Below, piece by piece: positions 30,000-39,306 of a stretch of DNA of 64,000 nt. This DNA comes from Erysipelothrix sp. Its GTDB lineage: Bacteria > Bacillota_I > Bacilli_A > Erysipelotrichales > Erysipelotrichaceae. Position 1 is the stretch's first letter. The number at the start of each line of letters is the position of its first letter. The stretch is taken from positions 5,218-69,217 of the forward strand of contig JAAZDW010000021.1 in the NCBI GenBank assembly GCA_012512595.1, given 5' to 3'. Both the position numbers and the translations under genes were made by a program. The notes beneath the pieces were generated by a model, which ran no database searches, was not told the origin of the DNA, and saw only the letters and a list, made by a program, of their open reading frames with translations.

Positions 30000-30720
30000 A
30001 TAAACACCTCATAATTAACTCTATTCTACAATAATTCGATTTTTAATTAAAGGTAAAAAATCAATAGAAAAAGTTATCCACATGTTTATAATACTTAATG
30101 TCTTTATTGATAGCCTCTTTAAAGTTATCCCCAGTTATCCATAAGATTTATTGTGGATAACTTTTCAAGTCAAAATTCAATATTTGTGCCCATTATAATA
30201 AACAGTTAGGTTTTATTAAAAAAATCCAAATTATTAATGAGAAAATATAGTTAAATCTTCAAAATGATGATAGAAGAGTAAAAAGGTTTCAATATATTAC
30301 ATTTAATTCTTTATCCACTGGGGTTAACTCTATGTGGATAACGTGGACAACTACATTGTGAATAACTAACAACGTTAACAACTTTCAATCAATAAACGCC
30401 GTTTTAAGGGTGTTTTTAGGCTATCCCCAATATCCACACACTGTTGATAAGTATAAAATTAAATTGTTGATAAGCTATTTATAAGAGTAATAGTCTTACA
30501 ATTAAATAAAACTAAAATTAATAAGATATAAGGCCAAATACCTACAAGAAATCGATGTAATTGTTGAGGAAATTATTAATTATGGTTTTAACTAGAGCAA
30601 CCTATAAATAATAGAGTGACAAAAATAAAGAAGTGCCGTAAAAGACTTGGCAATGAACTATTTATCACATTGTTGGGGATAACTTAGAGAGTCTTAAAAT
30701 ATATTTTAATAAAGGATTAT
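30000..30720. other. oriC part 1: DnaA-box cluster between the divergent dnaA and rpmH genes
   Basis: A perfect TTATCCACA is at 30074-30082. Its complement is at 30152-30160 and 30333-30341. One-mismatch boxes are at 30125, 30135, 30311, 30357, 30430, 30442, 30465 and 30674. A two-mismatch box is at 30342. Long AT-rich tracts lie between the boxes. Confidence 0.85.
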
Positions 30721-30724
30721 ATTA

Positions 30725-30753
30725 TTGACTTATAAGTCATATTTATGTATAAT
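30725..30753 (+). promoter_or_regulatory. Promoter of rpmH-rnpA
   Basis: TTGACT, a 17-nt spacer, then TATAAT, about 80 nt upstream of rpmH. Confidence 0.65.
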
Positions 30754-30832
30754 CAATAGGCAATTACCTTTACGTATATTTGTAATGGGTAGTAGAAAGT
30801 ATAAAGACAAACAGAATTGGAGGTAGCTTTAT

Positions 30833-30967
30833 ATGAAGAGAACTTATCAGCCAAGTAAAAGAAAAAGAAAAAACGTTCACGGCTTCAGAGCAAGAATGAG
30901 TACGCCAGCAGGGCGTAAAGTACTTGCGCGCCGTAGAAAAAAAGGCAGAAAGGTATTATCAGCATAA
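30833..30967 (+). CDS. rpmH: 50S ribosomal protein L34
   Basis: This 44-aa ORF is not in the supplied track because it is under 60 aa: [44 protein letters not shown]. It has a GGAGG SD. Confidence 0.95.
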   Translation: MKRTYQPSKRKRKNVHGFRARMSTPAGRKVLARRRKKGRKVLSA

Positions 30968-30995
30968 AAACTGTCACCTAATGGTGACTTTTTTT
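30966..30995 (+). terminator. Hairpin and T-run between rpmH and rnpA (partial terminator/attenuator)
   Basis: GTCACC-TAAT-GGTGAC followed by T7. It ends 11 nt before the rnpA ATG. Confidence 0.6.
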
Positions 30996-31006
30996 AAAAT
31001 ACTTAT

Positions 31007-31360
31007 ATGAAAAAAGAGAGAAGAATAAAAAGAGCTGATGAATTTCAAGGAATAATTAAGAAAAGAAATTCAGAATTAAATTCGAAATTCGTTATTTACC
31101 ATGTTCCTAAACAAGAAAGCTACGCAAGAGTTGGAGTTTCTGTCGGAAAAAAACTTGGGAATGCTGTATTAAGAAATAAAGTAAAACGTCAACTTAGAAT
31201 GATGATACAGGATATATATCAAAAATCATATTCATTTGATAGTGTAGTTATTGTAAGGTCAAAATATTTTAAATCTGATTATGCATCAAACAAACAAGAA
31301 TTAAATGAATTATTTGATTATATAGAACAAAGGAGATATGCAAATGCAAAAATTAAGTAA
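31007..31360 (+). CDS. rnpA: Ribonuclease P protein component
   Basis: 117 aa and basic. It starts MKKERRIKRADEFQ, has the RNR-like motif LRNKVKRQLR, and follows rpmH. Confidence 0.9.
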   Translation: MKKERRIKRADEFQGIIKKRNSELNSKFVIYHVPKQESYARVGVSVGKKLGNAVLRNKVKRQLRMMIQDIYQKSYSFDSVVIVRSKYFKSDYASNKQELNELFDYIEQRRYANAKIK

Positions 31361-32261
31361 AACCCAAAAAAGAATTCTATTCATAGTTTTGGGATTGGTT
31401 ATTTTAACGGGATGTGCAATGCCAGATAAGGATAATGCCAGCCACTTTTATGATTTATCGACTAGTTTTGCCCAAGTGTGGGAAATCAGTAAATTTCAAG
31501 CAATATTTGTTTTACCAATAACATATGTAATAAACTTTGTAATTGAAAAATTAAACTGGGGAATAATTGCAGGAATTGGGATCGCAACACTATTAGTTAA
31601 CTTAGTTACCTTACCTTTGATGTTGTATTCACAAACAAATAGTGCGAAGATGCAATTACTTCAACCACAAGTAAATAAAATTAATAAGAAATATGAAGGT
31701 CGCGAAGATCAGCAGTCAAATATGCAAAAAGCACAAGAAACTCAACAATTGTACAAAGACAATAATATTAAAATGAGTATGACATTATTAGGATCTTTAA
31801 TTCCGTTTCCACTATTAATCGCGATGTTGCAAGCGGTATATCGTGCTAATTCATTATTTGATGATGCAAACCGCGTCATGGGTTCAAGTTTAAATGTTAA
31901 ACCTTTCGATGGGTTTAAAACGGGTCCAAATGGTTGGCTATATATAGTTATTATTTTAGTAATGATTGGAACTCAGTTTATTGCAATGAAACTTCCACAG
32001 TACTTGGCTAAAAAACGCTTGGAAAAAGATCGTAGTTATAAAAAATATGATGAAGTACAATCACAACCTGCAGCAGGCGCTGGAATGATGAACATGATGG
32101 TGTTTATGATGATATTCATCGCGATCAGTACACCAACTACAATGTCAATTTACTATACCTTCTCATCAATAATGATGATTTTAAGAAGTATAATTGGTGA
32201 CCAAATGGTCGCTAAAAGCGGTATATCCTCACAATCTTCACGAGGAAGTGCTAAAAAATGA
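31344..32261 (+). CDS. yidC: Membrane protein insertase YidC (lipoprotein type)
   Basis: It has a lipobox LTGC after an N-terminal hydrophobic segment and a YidC/Oxa1 core. ATG at 31344 is preferred over 31338 on SD spacing. Confidence 0.9.
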   Translation: MQKLSKTQKRILFIVLGLVILTGCAMPDKDNASHFYDLSTSFAQVWEISKFQAIFVLPITYVINFVIEKLNWGIIAGIGIATLLVNLVTLPLMLYSQTNSAKMQLLQPQVNKINKKYEGREDQQSNMQKAQETQQLYKDNNIKMSMTLLGSLIPFPLLIAMLQAVYRANSLFDDANRVMGSSLNVKPFDGFKTGPNGWLYIVIILVMIGTQFIAMKLPQYLAKKRLEKDRSYKKYDEVQSQPAAGAGMMNMMVFMMIFIAISTPTTMSIYYTFSSIMMILRSIIGDQMVAKSGISSQSSRGSAKK

Positions 32262-32866
32262 GACAATATAGCGGCAAATCTATAGAAGAGATTATCGATG
32301 TTGTTGCATTGGAAAAAGGAATTGCAAAATCACTTGTTTACTATCATGTACTAAGTGAAGATCAGGATAGTGTATCGTTAAATATATTTACCGATGTTGA
32401 TATAATTGATTTTATCCAAGATTACATCGAAAAATTCTTCAATAATTTAAAACAAGAAGTTTATGTTGATATTAGATTTTCAGATGGAATGTACCGAGTT
32501 TTTATTGACGCAAAAAATAATGCAGTTATAATTGGTAGAGCGGGTCAAACCCTTCAAGCCTTAACAAACGTAGTAAGAAGCGCAACAAATGCTTACTTTA
32601 AAAAACATCTTAAAATCGTAATGGATGTTAATAATTATAAAGCAAACCGATATGAAAAAGTTGAGTCGATGGTTTATCATATCGCTAAAGAAGTTCAAGA
32701 TACAAAAATTGAAACAACTTTAGATTTTATTCCAAGTGATGAGCGTAGAGTTGTTCATCATTACTTAAATGGAATGGAAAACATTTCAACAAGAAGTGTT
32801 GGCGAAGGAAAAGATCGCCGACTGGTAATAAGCTACAAAGAAGATGAAAAAGTAGAAGAAAACTAA
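32258..32866 (+). CDS. jag: Jag/KhpB RNA-binding protein (KH + R3H)
   Basis: 202 aa. It has KH-like IIGRAGQTLQAL and R3H ERRVVHHYL. It sits in the conserved position after yidC. Confidence 0.85.
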   Translation: MRQYSGKSIEEIIDVVALEKGIAKSLVYYHVLSEDQDSVSLNIFTDVDIIDFIQDYIEKFFNNLKQEVYVDIRFSDGMYRVFIDAKNNAVIIGRAGQTLQALTNVVRSATNAYFKKHLKIVMDVNNYKANRYEKVESMVYHIAKEVQDTKIETTLDFIPSDERRVVHHYLNGMENISTRSVGEGKDRRLVISYKEDEKVEEN

Positions 32867-32886
32867 AAAAGGCTAATGCCTTTTTT
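32865..32886 (+). terminator. Terminator after jag
   Basis: AAAAAAGGC-TAAT-GCCTTTTTT. Confidence 0.5.
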
Positions 32887-32926
32887 AATTTGTATTCTAT
32901 AGTAGAATATAGCTAGGAGTGAGAAG

Positions 32927-33490
32927 ATGAAATTAATAGTAGGTATAGGTAATCCGGGAAAAGAATATGAAAACACACGCCATAATGTTGGCTTTTTGGC
33001 GGTCGATAAAATAGCTGACCACCATAATGTTGAATTTGATCAAAAAAAATTCAACAGTGTTTATGCAATTTTGCGAATAAAGGGTCAAAGAGTAATCTTA
33101 ATGAAACCTGAAACATACGTCAATTTATCAGGGAGTGCCGTCTTATCAATGATGAATTACTTTGGTATCGATAAGGACGAAATATTAATAATATATGATG
33201 ACTTTGCTCTACCTCTAGGTAAAATCAGGGTTAGATTTAAAGGAAGTGGCGGTGGTCACAACGGACTAATTAATATAATAGAGTATTTAAAAACACAAAA
33301 TTTCAAAAGAATGCGAATCGGAATAGATAGTAACCCGCTAATTGAAAATAAAAACTATGTATTAGGTAGGTTTAATAAAGACGACCAAAAAGTAATTGAT
33401 GAAACATTGAAAAAATTAGTAGATGTACCCAAAGACTTAATCAATTACAGCTTTAGCGATTTTATGAATAAATATAACAAAGAGATGTAA
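32927..33490 (+). CDS. pth: Peptidyl-tRNA hydrolase
   Basis: 187 aa with GLGNPG-type GIGNPGKEYENTRHNVGF and GGGHNG. Confidence 0.95.
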   Translation: MKLIVGIGNPGKEYENTRHNVGFLAVDKIADHHNVEFDQKKFNSVYAILRIKGQRVILMKPETYVNLSGSAVLSMMNYFGIDKDEILIIYDDFALPLGKIRVRFKGSGGGHNGLINIIEYLKTQNFKRMRIGIDSNPLIENKNYVLGRFNKDDQKVIDETLKKLVDVPKDLINYSFSDFMNKYNKEM

Positions 33491-33493
33491 ACC

Positions 33494-36400
33494 ATGCAAA
33501 AACTTTTAAGCTTTTTCGATAATTATGAATTAGTAAAACAAATACAAAAAAATAAAGATGGACAAGTATTTTCTTTTACAGAAGAAGCCCTTAGTCTTGC
33601 AAGTTTTTATAATACTCATAAACAACAGATTATTATAGTAAAAGATAATTTGTATCATGCAGAACAGCTTTATGATTCTTTATCTAACTTAAGTGACGAT
33701 GTATATATTTATATGACAGAAGAGTCTAAACGACTTGAAAATATCGCAACCTCACCCGAATTTACCGCAAATAGGTTATCAGTCTTAAATATGTTGTTAA
33801 ACAATGAAACAGGCATATTTATTACACACACAGCTGCCCTTTTGCGATACTTACCAGATGTTAAGGTTTTTAGACAAGCAATCTTAACATTTGAGAATAA
33901 ACAAGTTATTAGCTATAAAGGCTTAAAGAAAAAATTAATTCAAGCGGGCTATAAGTTTAGTAAAAGAGTAGATCAGCCCTTAACGTTTTCAATGCGTGGC
34001 GAAGTTGTAGATATTTACTCAATAAATTATGATAATCCGATTAGGATTGAATTTTTTGATAATGAAGTTGAAAGCATCAGATTTTTTGATATTGATAGTC
34101 AACTCACAATCAAACTTGTCGAAAAAGTTACGATAACGCCCGCAACCGATATCTTATTTTCTGAAAGTGAAAAAGATTTAATTATTGAAAAATTAAATAT
34201 AATAGTTAAACATGAAACAAAGCATAAATTTTATGATAGTTTAAACAACAAAATAAGTCGCGACATATCATATTTAAATAATAACGTTTTTGAGCAAGAC
34301 TTATATAACTACTATGGACTTTTGAGTAAAGAATCAAGTTTACTAGACTACTGTCAAGATAACCTTCTAATTCTTAGTGATTCCAAAGGACTTTTTGATA
34401 ATGAAAAAATGATAATATCCGAAACAATTGAATTTGTGAAAGAGCAATATGAGATAGGTCGAAACCCATTGATTTTGGACTTATGGGTAGATGCTAAAAG
34501 ACTTTTAGAAAAGCACAAGTATGTAAACTTAAAAAACACCTTAGGCCAAAGCACCGATTACTCTAAAATTCATGAAATAGATGTTGCGATTAACCAATTT
34601 GATTACATTATTGAAGATATAATTAATTATAGTAAAGAAAATTGTACTATCTTAGCTTTAAATGAATCTGAAATTAACGAAGTTAAGGCATATTTACAAC
34701 AACGTGACATAAGTTATTCAAACAAGCTTACTAAGATAGAGTCAGGCATTTTCTTAATGAAGAAATCACTAATTAAAGGCTTTTATTATAAAAACTTATA
34801 TGTCTATACAAGTAGAGAATTATTTAACACCAAAATCAATGTTACAAAGTATTCTTCTAAATTTAATGAAAGTCAAAGCTTATCAAATTATGGAGAACTA
34901 GAAAAAGGAGACTTTGTCGTTCATAATACTTACGGTGTTGGAAAGTATATAGGAATTGAAACAAGAGAATTTAATAATTATAAACGTGATTTTCTTAAAA
35001 TTATATATAAAAACAATGACTCACTTCATGTCCCTTTGCACCAGTTTAATTTAGTTAGAAAATTTGTATCCCGCGAAGGGATGGCGCCAAGACTAAATAG
35101 ACTAGGAACCGATGAATGGCAAAAAACAAAAAACAAAGTAAAAGAAAACGTAAATGAACTGGCGGGACGTTTAGTCAAACTATATAGTACTAGAAGTATT
35201 GATAGTGGTTTTCAATTTGAAATAGATGAAATAATTCAAAGAGAGTTTAATAATGAAGTAGAATTTGTTTTAACAAATGACCAAGAGCAGGCGGAAAGAG
35301 AAATAATTTTAGATATGCAGTCTAAAGAAGCAATGGATCGACTTTTAATTGGTGATGTTGGCTTTGGAAAAACAGAAGTTAGTATGCGAGCAGCCTTTAT
35401 GGCTGCCTATAATGGTAAACAAGTTGCTTTTCTATGCCCAACTACAATTCTATCGAGCCAACATTATGAAACTTTTAGAAAAAGATTTAGAAATTTCCCT
35501 GTAAGCATCAGGGTTATTAATCGATTTGTTACTCTCAGTGAACAAAAAGAAATTATTAAAGAAGTAATAGAAGGTAAAGTTGATATCTTAATTGGAACTC
35601 ATCGACTCTTATCTAAAGACGTTAAATTTAAAGATTTAGGCTTACTAATAATAGATGAAGAACAAAGATTTGGTGTTGACCATAAAGAAAGAATCAAAGA
35701 ACTAAAGACAAGTGTTGATGTTTTATCTTTAAGTGCAACCCCAATTCCAAGAACTTTACAAATGTCATTAGTTGGAATTAGATCAATGTCGACTTTAAGA
35801 GAGGCGCCTAAAAATCGAAAACCTGTTCAAACATATGTAATAGAGAAAAATATTGCGACTATAAATCATGTAATTATGCGTGAACTAGCTAGAAATGGTC
35901 AAGCTTTTTACTTACATAACAATGTTAGAAACCTTCCAGATATTGCAGGTCGCTTAGAGAGAGATATTGAAGGAGTAAAGGTTGCTATTGTTCATGGTCA
36001 AATGGACCGTGATACAATTGAAGATGTAATGATTCGCTTTACTCTCAATGAGTACAATGTCCTTGTTTGTACAACAATTATTGAAACAGGTATTGATATC
36101 CAAAATGCCAATACTATAATAATTGATAATGCTGATACCTTTGGTTTATCGCAACTATATCAAATTCGCGGTCGAGTTGGAAGAAGTGATCGAGTAGCTT
36201 ACGCCTACTTAATGTATCAACCTGAAAAAATACTAAGTGAGATCGCGACAAAGCGCTTAAATACAATTAAGGAATTTACCCAACTTGGTAGTGGCCACAA
36301 AATTGCAATGCGTGATTTGACTATTCGTGGAGCAGGCGACATGTTGGGACCGGCCCAATCAGGTTTTATAGATACAGTTGGGATAGATATGTATATTGAA

Positions 36401-36907
36401 ATGCTAAATGAAGCTATCAAAAAAGAAAAAGGCGAAAAAGTTATTAAACCATCTGACGATTCAATCAGAGTTGATAGTGCAGGTCACATTCCAGAAGATT
36501 TTACAGAATTTGATTATGATAAGATAACTTTATACCAAGATATTGATAAGCAGACTAGTTTAAAAACACTACAAAAACTCTATGATGAAGAAAGCGATTA
36601 TTATGGTACACTTCCCGAAGATATTAACTTGCTTTTTGAGCGCAAGCGATTAGAGATTATTCTTAGTAATCCAAACATTTCTAATTATAAAGAACTACTA
36701 AACAGGGCAGAAGTCACATTTACAAAAGCCTTCTCAGATAACGTCGATGGAATACAACTGTTTTCAGATATAAGTTCAATAAATAGTAAGATAAAGTTAG
36801 ATTATAAATACCAAAAAATCACACTTAAAATTAAGCGTGAAAACAATTGGATAAATGATATAATAAAAGTGTTAGAAACACTTGAGATTGGAGAAGAGAG
36901 TCAATGA
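33494..36907 (+). CDS. mfd: Transcription-repair coupling factor
   Basis: 1137 aa. It has a CarD-like region (GDFVVHNTYGVGKY), SF2 helicase motifs (GDVGFGKTEV, DEEQRFG) and a TRG motif region. Confidence 0.95.
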   Translation: MQKLLSFFDNYELVKQIQKNKDGQVFSFTEEALSLASFYNTHKQQIIIVKDNLYHAEQLYDSLSNLSDDVYIYMTEESKRLENIATSPEFTANRLSVLNMLLNNETGIFITHTAALLRYLPDVKVFRQAILTFENKQVISYKGLKKKLIQAGYKFSKRVDQPLTFSMRGEVVDIYSINYDNPIRIEFFDNEVESIRFFDIDSQLTIKLVEKVTITPATDILFSESEKDLIIEKLNIIVKHETKHKFYDSLNNKISRDISYLNNNVFEQDLYNYYGLLSKESSLLDYCQDNLLILSDSKGLFDNEKMIISETIEFVKEQYEIGRNPLILDLWVDAKRLLEKHKYVNLKNTLGQSTDYSKIHEIDVAINQFDYIIEDIINYSKENCTILALNESEINEVKAYLQQRDISYSNKLTKIESGIFLMKKSLIKGFYYKNLYVYTSRELFNTKINVTKYSSKFNESQSLSNYGELEKGDFVVHNTYGVGKYIGIETREFNNYKRDFLKIIYKNNDSLHVPLHQFNLVRKFVSREGMAPRLNRLGTDEWQKTKNKVKENVNELAGRLVKLYSTRSIDSGFQFEIDEIIQREFNNEVEFVLTNDQEQAEREIILDMQSKEAMDRLLIGDVGFGKTEVSMRAAFMAAYNGKQVAFLCPTTILSSQHYETFRKRFRNFPVSIRVINRFVTLSEQKEIIKEVIEGKVDILIGTHRLLSKDVKFKDLGLLIIDEEQRFGVDHKERIKELKTSVDVLSLSATPIPRTLQMSLVGIRSMSTLREAPKNRKPVQTYVIEKNIATINHVIMRELARNGQAFYLHNNVRNLPDIAGRLERDIEGVKVAIVHGQMDRDTIEDVMIRFTLNEYNVLVCTTIIETGIDIQNANTIIIDNADTFGLSQLYQIRGRVGRSDRVAYAYLMYQPEKILSEIATKRLNTIKEFTQLGSGHKIAMRDLTIRGAGDMLGPAQSGFIDTVGIDMYIEMLNEAIKKEKGEKVIKPSDDSIRVDSAGHIPEDFTEFDYDKITLYQDIDKQTSLKTLQKLYDEESDYYGTLPEDINLLFERKRLEIILSNPNISNYKELLNRAEVTFTKAFSDNVDGIQLFSDISSINSKIKLDYKYQKITLKIKRENNWINDIIKVLETLEIGEESQ

Positions 36908-37419
36908 AAAATTCAGGAATTAACCGCCGAATTGATGATTTAGGAAGAATCGTTATTCCACGAGACATAAGAGATCACTTTCGCGTTAAGTCAGGGGATA
37001 CATTTGAAATCTTTATCGAAGATGAGAAGATTGTTTTAAGAAAATTTTCGCCGATCAGTAAGAAATTACAACACTTAGTTGCGATGTGTGAAGTTTTAGA
37101 GGAAGAAATGGATACCCAGGTAATGTTTTATTATGATGGGGTGTTTATTGACCCTCGCCGGAAGGTATCAGTTAAGGATTTACCGATTAAAACTACGACA
37201 GCATTTGAAAAAATTCTTGCCGATTTTCATCCAACAAGTTTTAATGATGTTCAAATATTTGTTGATAGTGCCGAAACCTTGGCTGGTTACACCTATCCGA
37301 TTATAAACGAAGGGAATATTTTAGGAGTTTTTGTGATTTTCAAACAACTAGCAAAACTTGACGAAAAAATGTTAAATGCGCTCAGTTTATGTGAACAATT
37401 ACTTTTAAAACAAATATAA
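36904..37419 (+). CDS. SpoVT-like transcriptional regulator (AbrB/SpoVT N-domain + GAF-like C-domain)
   Basis: 171 aa. GINRRIDDLGRIVIPRDIRDHFRVKSGDTFEIF parallels B. subtilis SpoVT. Its position after mfd is as in Bacillus. The ATGA overlaps the mfd stop. Confidence 0.75.
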   Translation: MKNSGINRRIDDLGRIVIPRDIRDHFRVKSGDTFEIFIEDEKIVLRKFSPISKKLQHLVAMCEVLEEEMDTQVMFYYDGVFIDPRRKVSVKDLPIKTTTAFEKILADFHPTSFNDVQIFVDSAETLAGYTYPIINEGNILGVFVIFKQLAKLDEKMLNALSLCEQLLLKQI

Positions 37420-37420
37420 G

Positions 37421-37681
37421 ATGCGACTAGATAAGTACTTAAAAGTTTCAAGATTAGTCAAAAGACGAACAGTAGCGAAAGAGTTGGCTGCTAATGGTCG
37501 TATTTTAGTTAATGGGAGTGTGGCAAAACCATCAACAATGATTAAAATTAATGATATAATACAAATTACCTTTGGGGCCCGTACCACTGCTTTTCAAGTG
37601 CTTGAATTAATGGACCATGTTAGAAAAAATGACGCAACTATAATGTACACAATGGTTGATGTTATAGACGAAAAATTGTAA
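37421..37681 (+). CDS. rqcP: S4-domain protein YabO/RqcP (ribosome quality control)
   Basis: 86 aa with the S4 motif MRLDKYLKVSRLVKRRTVAKEL. Its synteny matches yabO in Bacillus. Confidence 0.75.
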   Translation: MRLDKYLKVSRLVKRRTVAKELAANGRILVNGSVAKPSTMIKINDIIQITFGARTTAFQVLELMDHVRKNDATIMYTMVDVIDEKL

Positions 37682-37690
37682 GGAGTAATT

Positions 37691-38032
37691 ATGGACAAAG
37701 AAAATATAAAAAAGACAAGAAGGCTGAGATTTAGCCCAACACGAGTTATTTTAAGCGCGATTGTTTTTACAATTTCAGGATACTTACTTTTTAGCGTAAG
37801 CAAAGAGGTATTAACAACGATTGAATTAACTAAAGACTTACAAGTTTACACAAAACAATTGGAAACTATTGAAAATGAAACCCGCGATTTAAAAGAAAGA
37901 ATTGAAAAATTAAATGATCCAGACTATATTAAATCATTCGCACGTGGTGAGTATTCTATTACAAAAGAGGGCGAACAAGTTTTTAGACTTCCATCAATAA
38001 TAGAAAAAGATAATGATAAAAAGGATGATTAG
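37691..38032 (+). CDS. divIC: Septum formation initiator DivIC/FtsB family
   Basis: 113 aa. It has one TM, then a coiled coil, then a DPDYI..ARGEY motif. Confidence 0.8.
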   Translation: MDKENIKKTRRLRFSPTRVILSAIVFTISGYLLFSVSKEVLTTIELTKDLQVYTKQLETIENETRDLKERIEKLNDPDYIKSFARGEYSITKEGEQVFRLPSIIEKDNDKKDD

Positions 38033-38080
38033 TGACTATTAACGATAAGTTAATAGTTTTTATACAAAGGAGGGGTGTTT

Positions 38081-39295
38081 ATGTTTAGAAAAATTGAGCA
38101 TCGAGTATTTAGAGATCCAGTTCATGGATATATTCATGTCAACCATCAAATTGTTTGGGATTGTATAAATACTAAAGAGTTTCAAAGACTAAGAAGGATT
38201 AAACAATTAGGTGCTTCTTTTCAGGTTTATCCAACTGCTGAACATTCAAGATTTTCGCACTCCTTAGGTGTTTATGAAGTTTGTCGCAGAATGTTGACAG
38301 AAGTAGATGATTTGAAAAACAACATAAATGACTATGATAAAACACTAGTTTTACTGGCGTCACTATTGCATGATGTTGGTCATGGTCCTTTTTCCCACAC
38401 CTTTGAGGCTGTAAGTAAAATTGATCATGAAGAGTACAGTGAAATGATAATTTTAGGTAATAGTGAAGTTAATAAAGTTTTAAAGCAAGTAGATGACAAT
38501 CTACCAGAAGAAATAGCCTCAATAATAAATCATACACATAAGAATAAATTATTGTCACAAATAGTATCGAGTCAACTAGACGCGGACAGAATGGACTACT
38601 TACTAAGAGACGCTTACTTTACTGGAACGAGCTATGGCTCTTTTGATTTAAATAGAATATTGAGAACAATGAAAGTAGTTAAAGATAAGATTGTTGTCAA
38701 AGAAAGTGGTGTCCATGCCGTAGAGGACTATATTATGGCAAGGTACCATATGTATTGGAATGTATATTTTCATCCAGTATCACGGTCTTATGAAGCAATT
38801 TTAACCGCATTATTTAAAAGAATGAATAATTTAAAAGCAAGTGATTTAATGAATGACTACCCATTGCTTAAAGAGTTTTTAAATGAAAAAACTCCAAATA
38901 TAAGCTCACATTTTATTTTAGACGAGGCTTTGATGCTTTATTACTTTAATAAAATGCAAAGTTCAAAGGATAAAGTTTTAAGTGATCTCGCTAAAAGACT
39001 TTTAAATAGAAAATTATTTGGTTATAAAGATTTCGAAGACATGGCTCAATATGAAGAGATTTGTAAATTAGCCAAAGAGCAAGGTTATGACCCTATATAC
39101 TATGTATATAAAGATAATTTAGGTCAAACGCCTTACAGCCCATACAGCAAAGACACGTCATCTTTAATTTATATCTTAAATAAGAACAATGAGGTTGTTG
39201 AGTTATCAAAGGTTAGTGAAATAGTGTCAGCTATTTCTGCAGGTAAGGAAAAAAGTGAAAGCAAGATATTTTTTCCTAAAGAAATAGAAGTGTAA
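38081..39295 (+). CDS. HD-domain dNTP triphosphohydrolase-like protein (SAMHD1/EF1143 type)
   Basis: It has FRDPVHGYI, EFQRLRRIKQLG, HSRFSHSLGV, LLHDVGHGPFSH and DADRMDYLLRD. ATG at 38081 follows AAGGAGGGG. Confidence 0.8.
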   Translation: MFRKIEHRVFRDPVHGYIHVNHQIVWDCINTKEFQRLRRIKQLGASFQVYPTAEHSRFSHSLGVYEVCRRMLTEVDDLKNNINDYDKTLVLLASLLHDVGHGPFSHTFEAVSKIDHEEYSEMIILGNSEVNKVLKQVDDNLPEEIASIINHTHKNKLLSQIVSSQLDADRMDYLLRDAYFTGTSYGSFDLNRILRTMKVVKDKIVVKESGVHAVEDYIMARYHMYWNVYFHPVSRSYEAILTALFKRMNNLKASDLMNDYPLLKEFLNEKTPNISSHFILDEALMLYYFNKMQSSKDKVLSDLAKRLLNRKLFGYKDFEDMAQYEEICKLAKEQGYDPIYYVYKDNLGQTPYSPYSKDTSSLIYILNKNNEVVELSKVSEIVSAISAGKEKSESKIFFPKEIEV

Positions 39296-39306
39296 AAGGA
39301 GAGCTA

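Noticed and set aside
36904-37419. The AbrB/MazE-fold N-domain protein as a possible antitoxin of a TA pair.
   Set aside because: It is full-length and SpoVT-like, with a GAF-like C-domain. It occupies the conserved position after mfd, and the downstream gene is the S4-domain RqcP/YabO, not a toxin.
38081-39295. The HD-domain dNTP triphosphohydrolase-like gene as a possible anti-phage dNTP-depletion defence gene.
   Set aside because: It sits in a conserved housekeeping neighbourhood (divIC upstream, peptidase downstream). It has no mobile-element or defence-island context. Homologues of this size are common core genes in Firmicutes.
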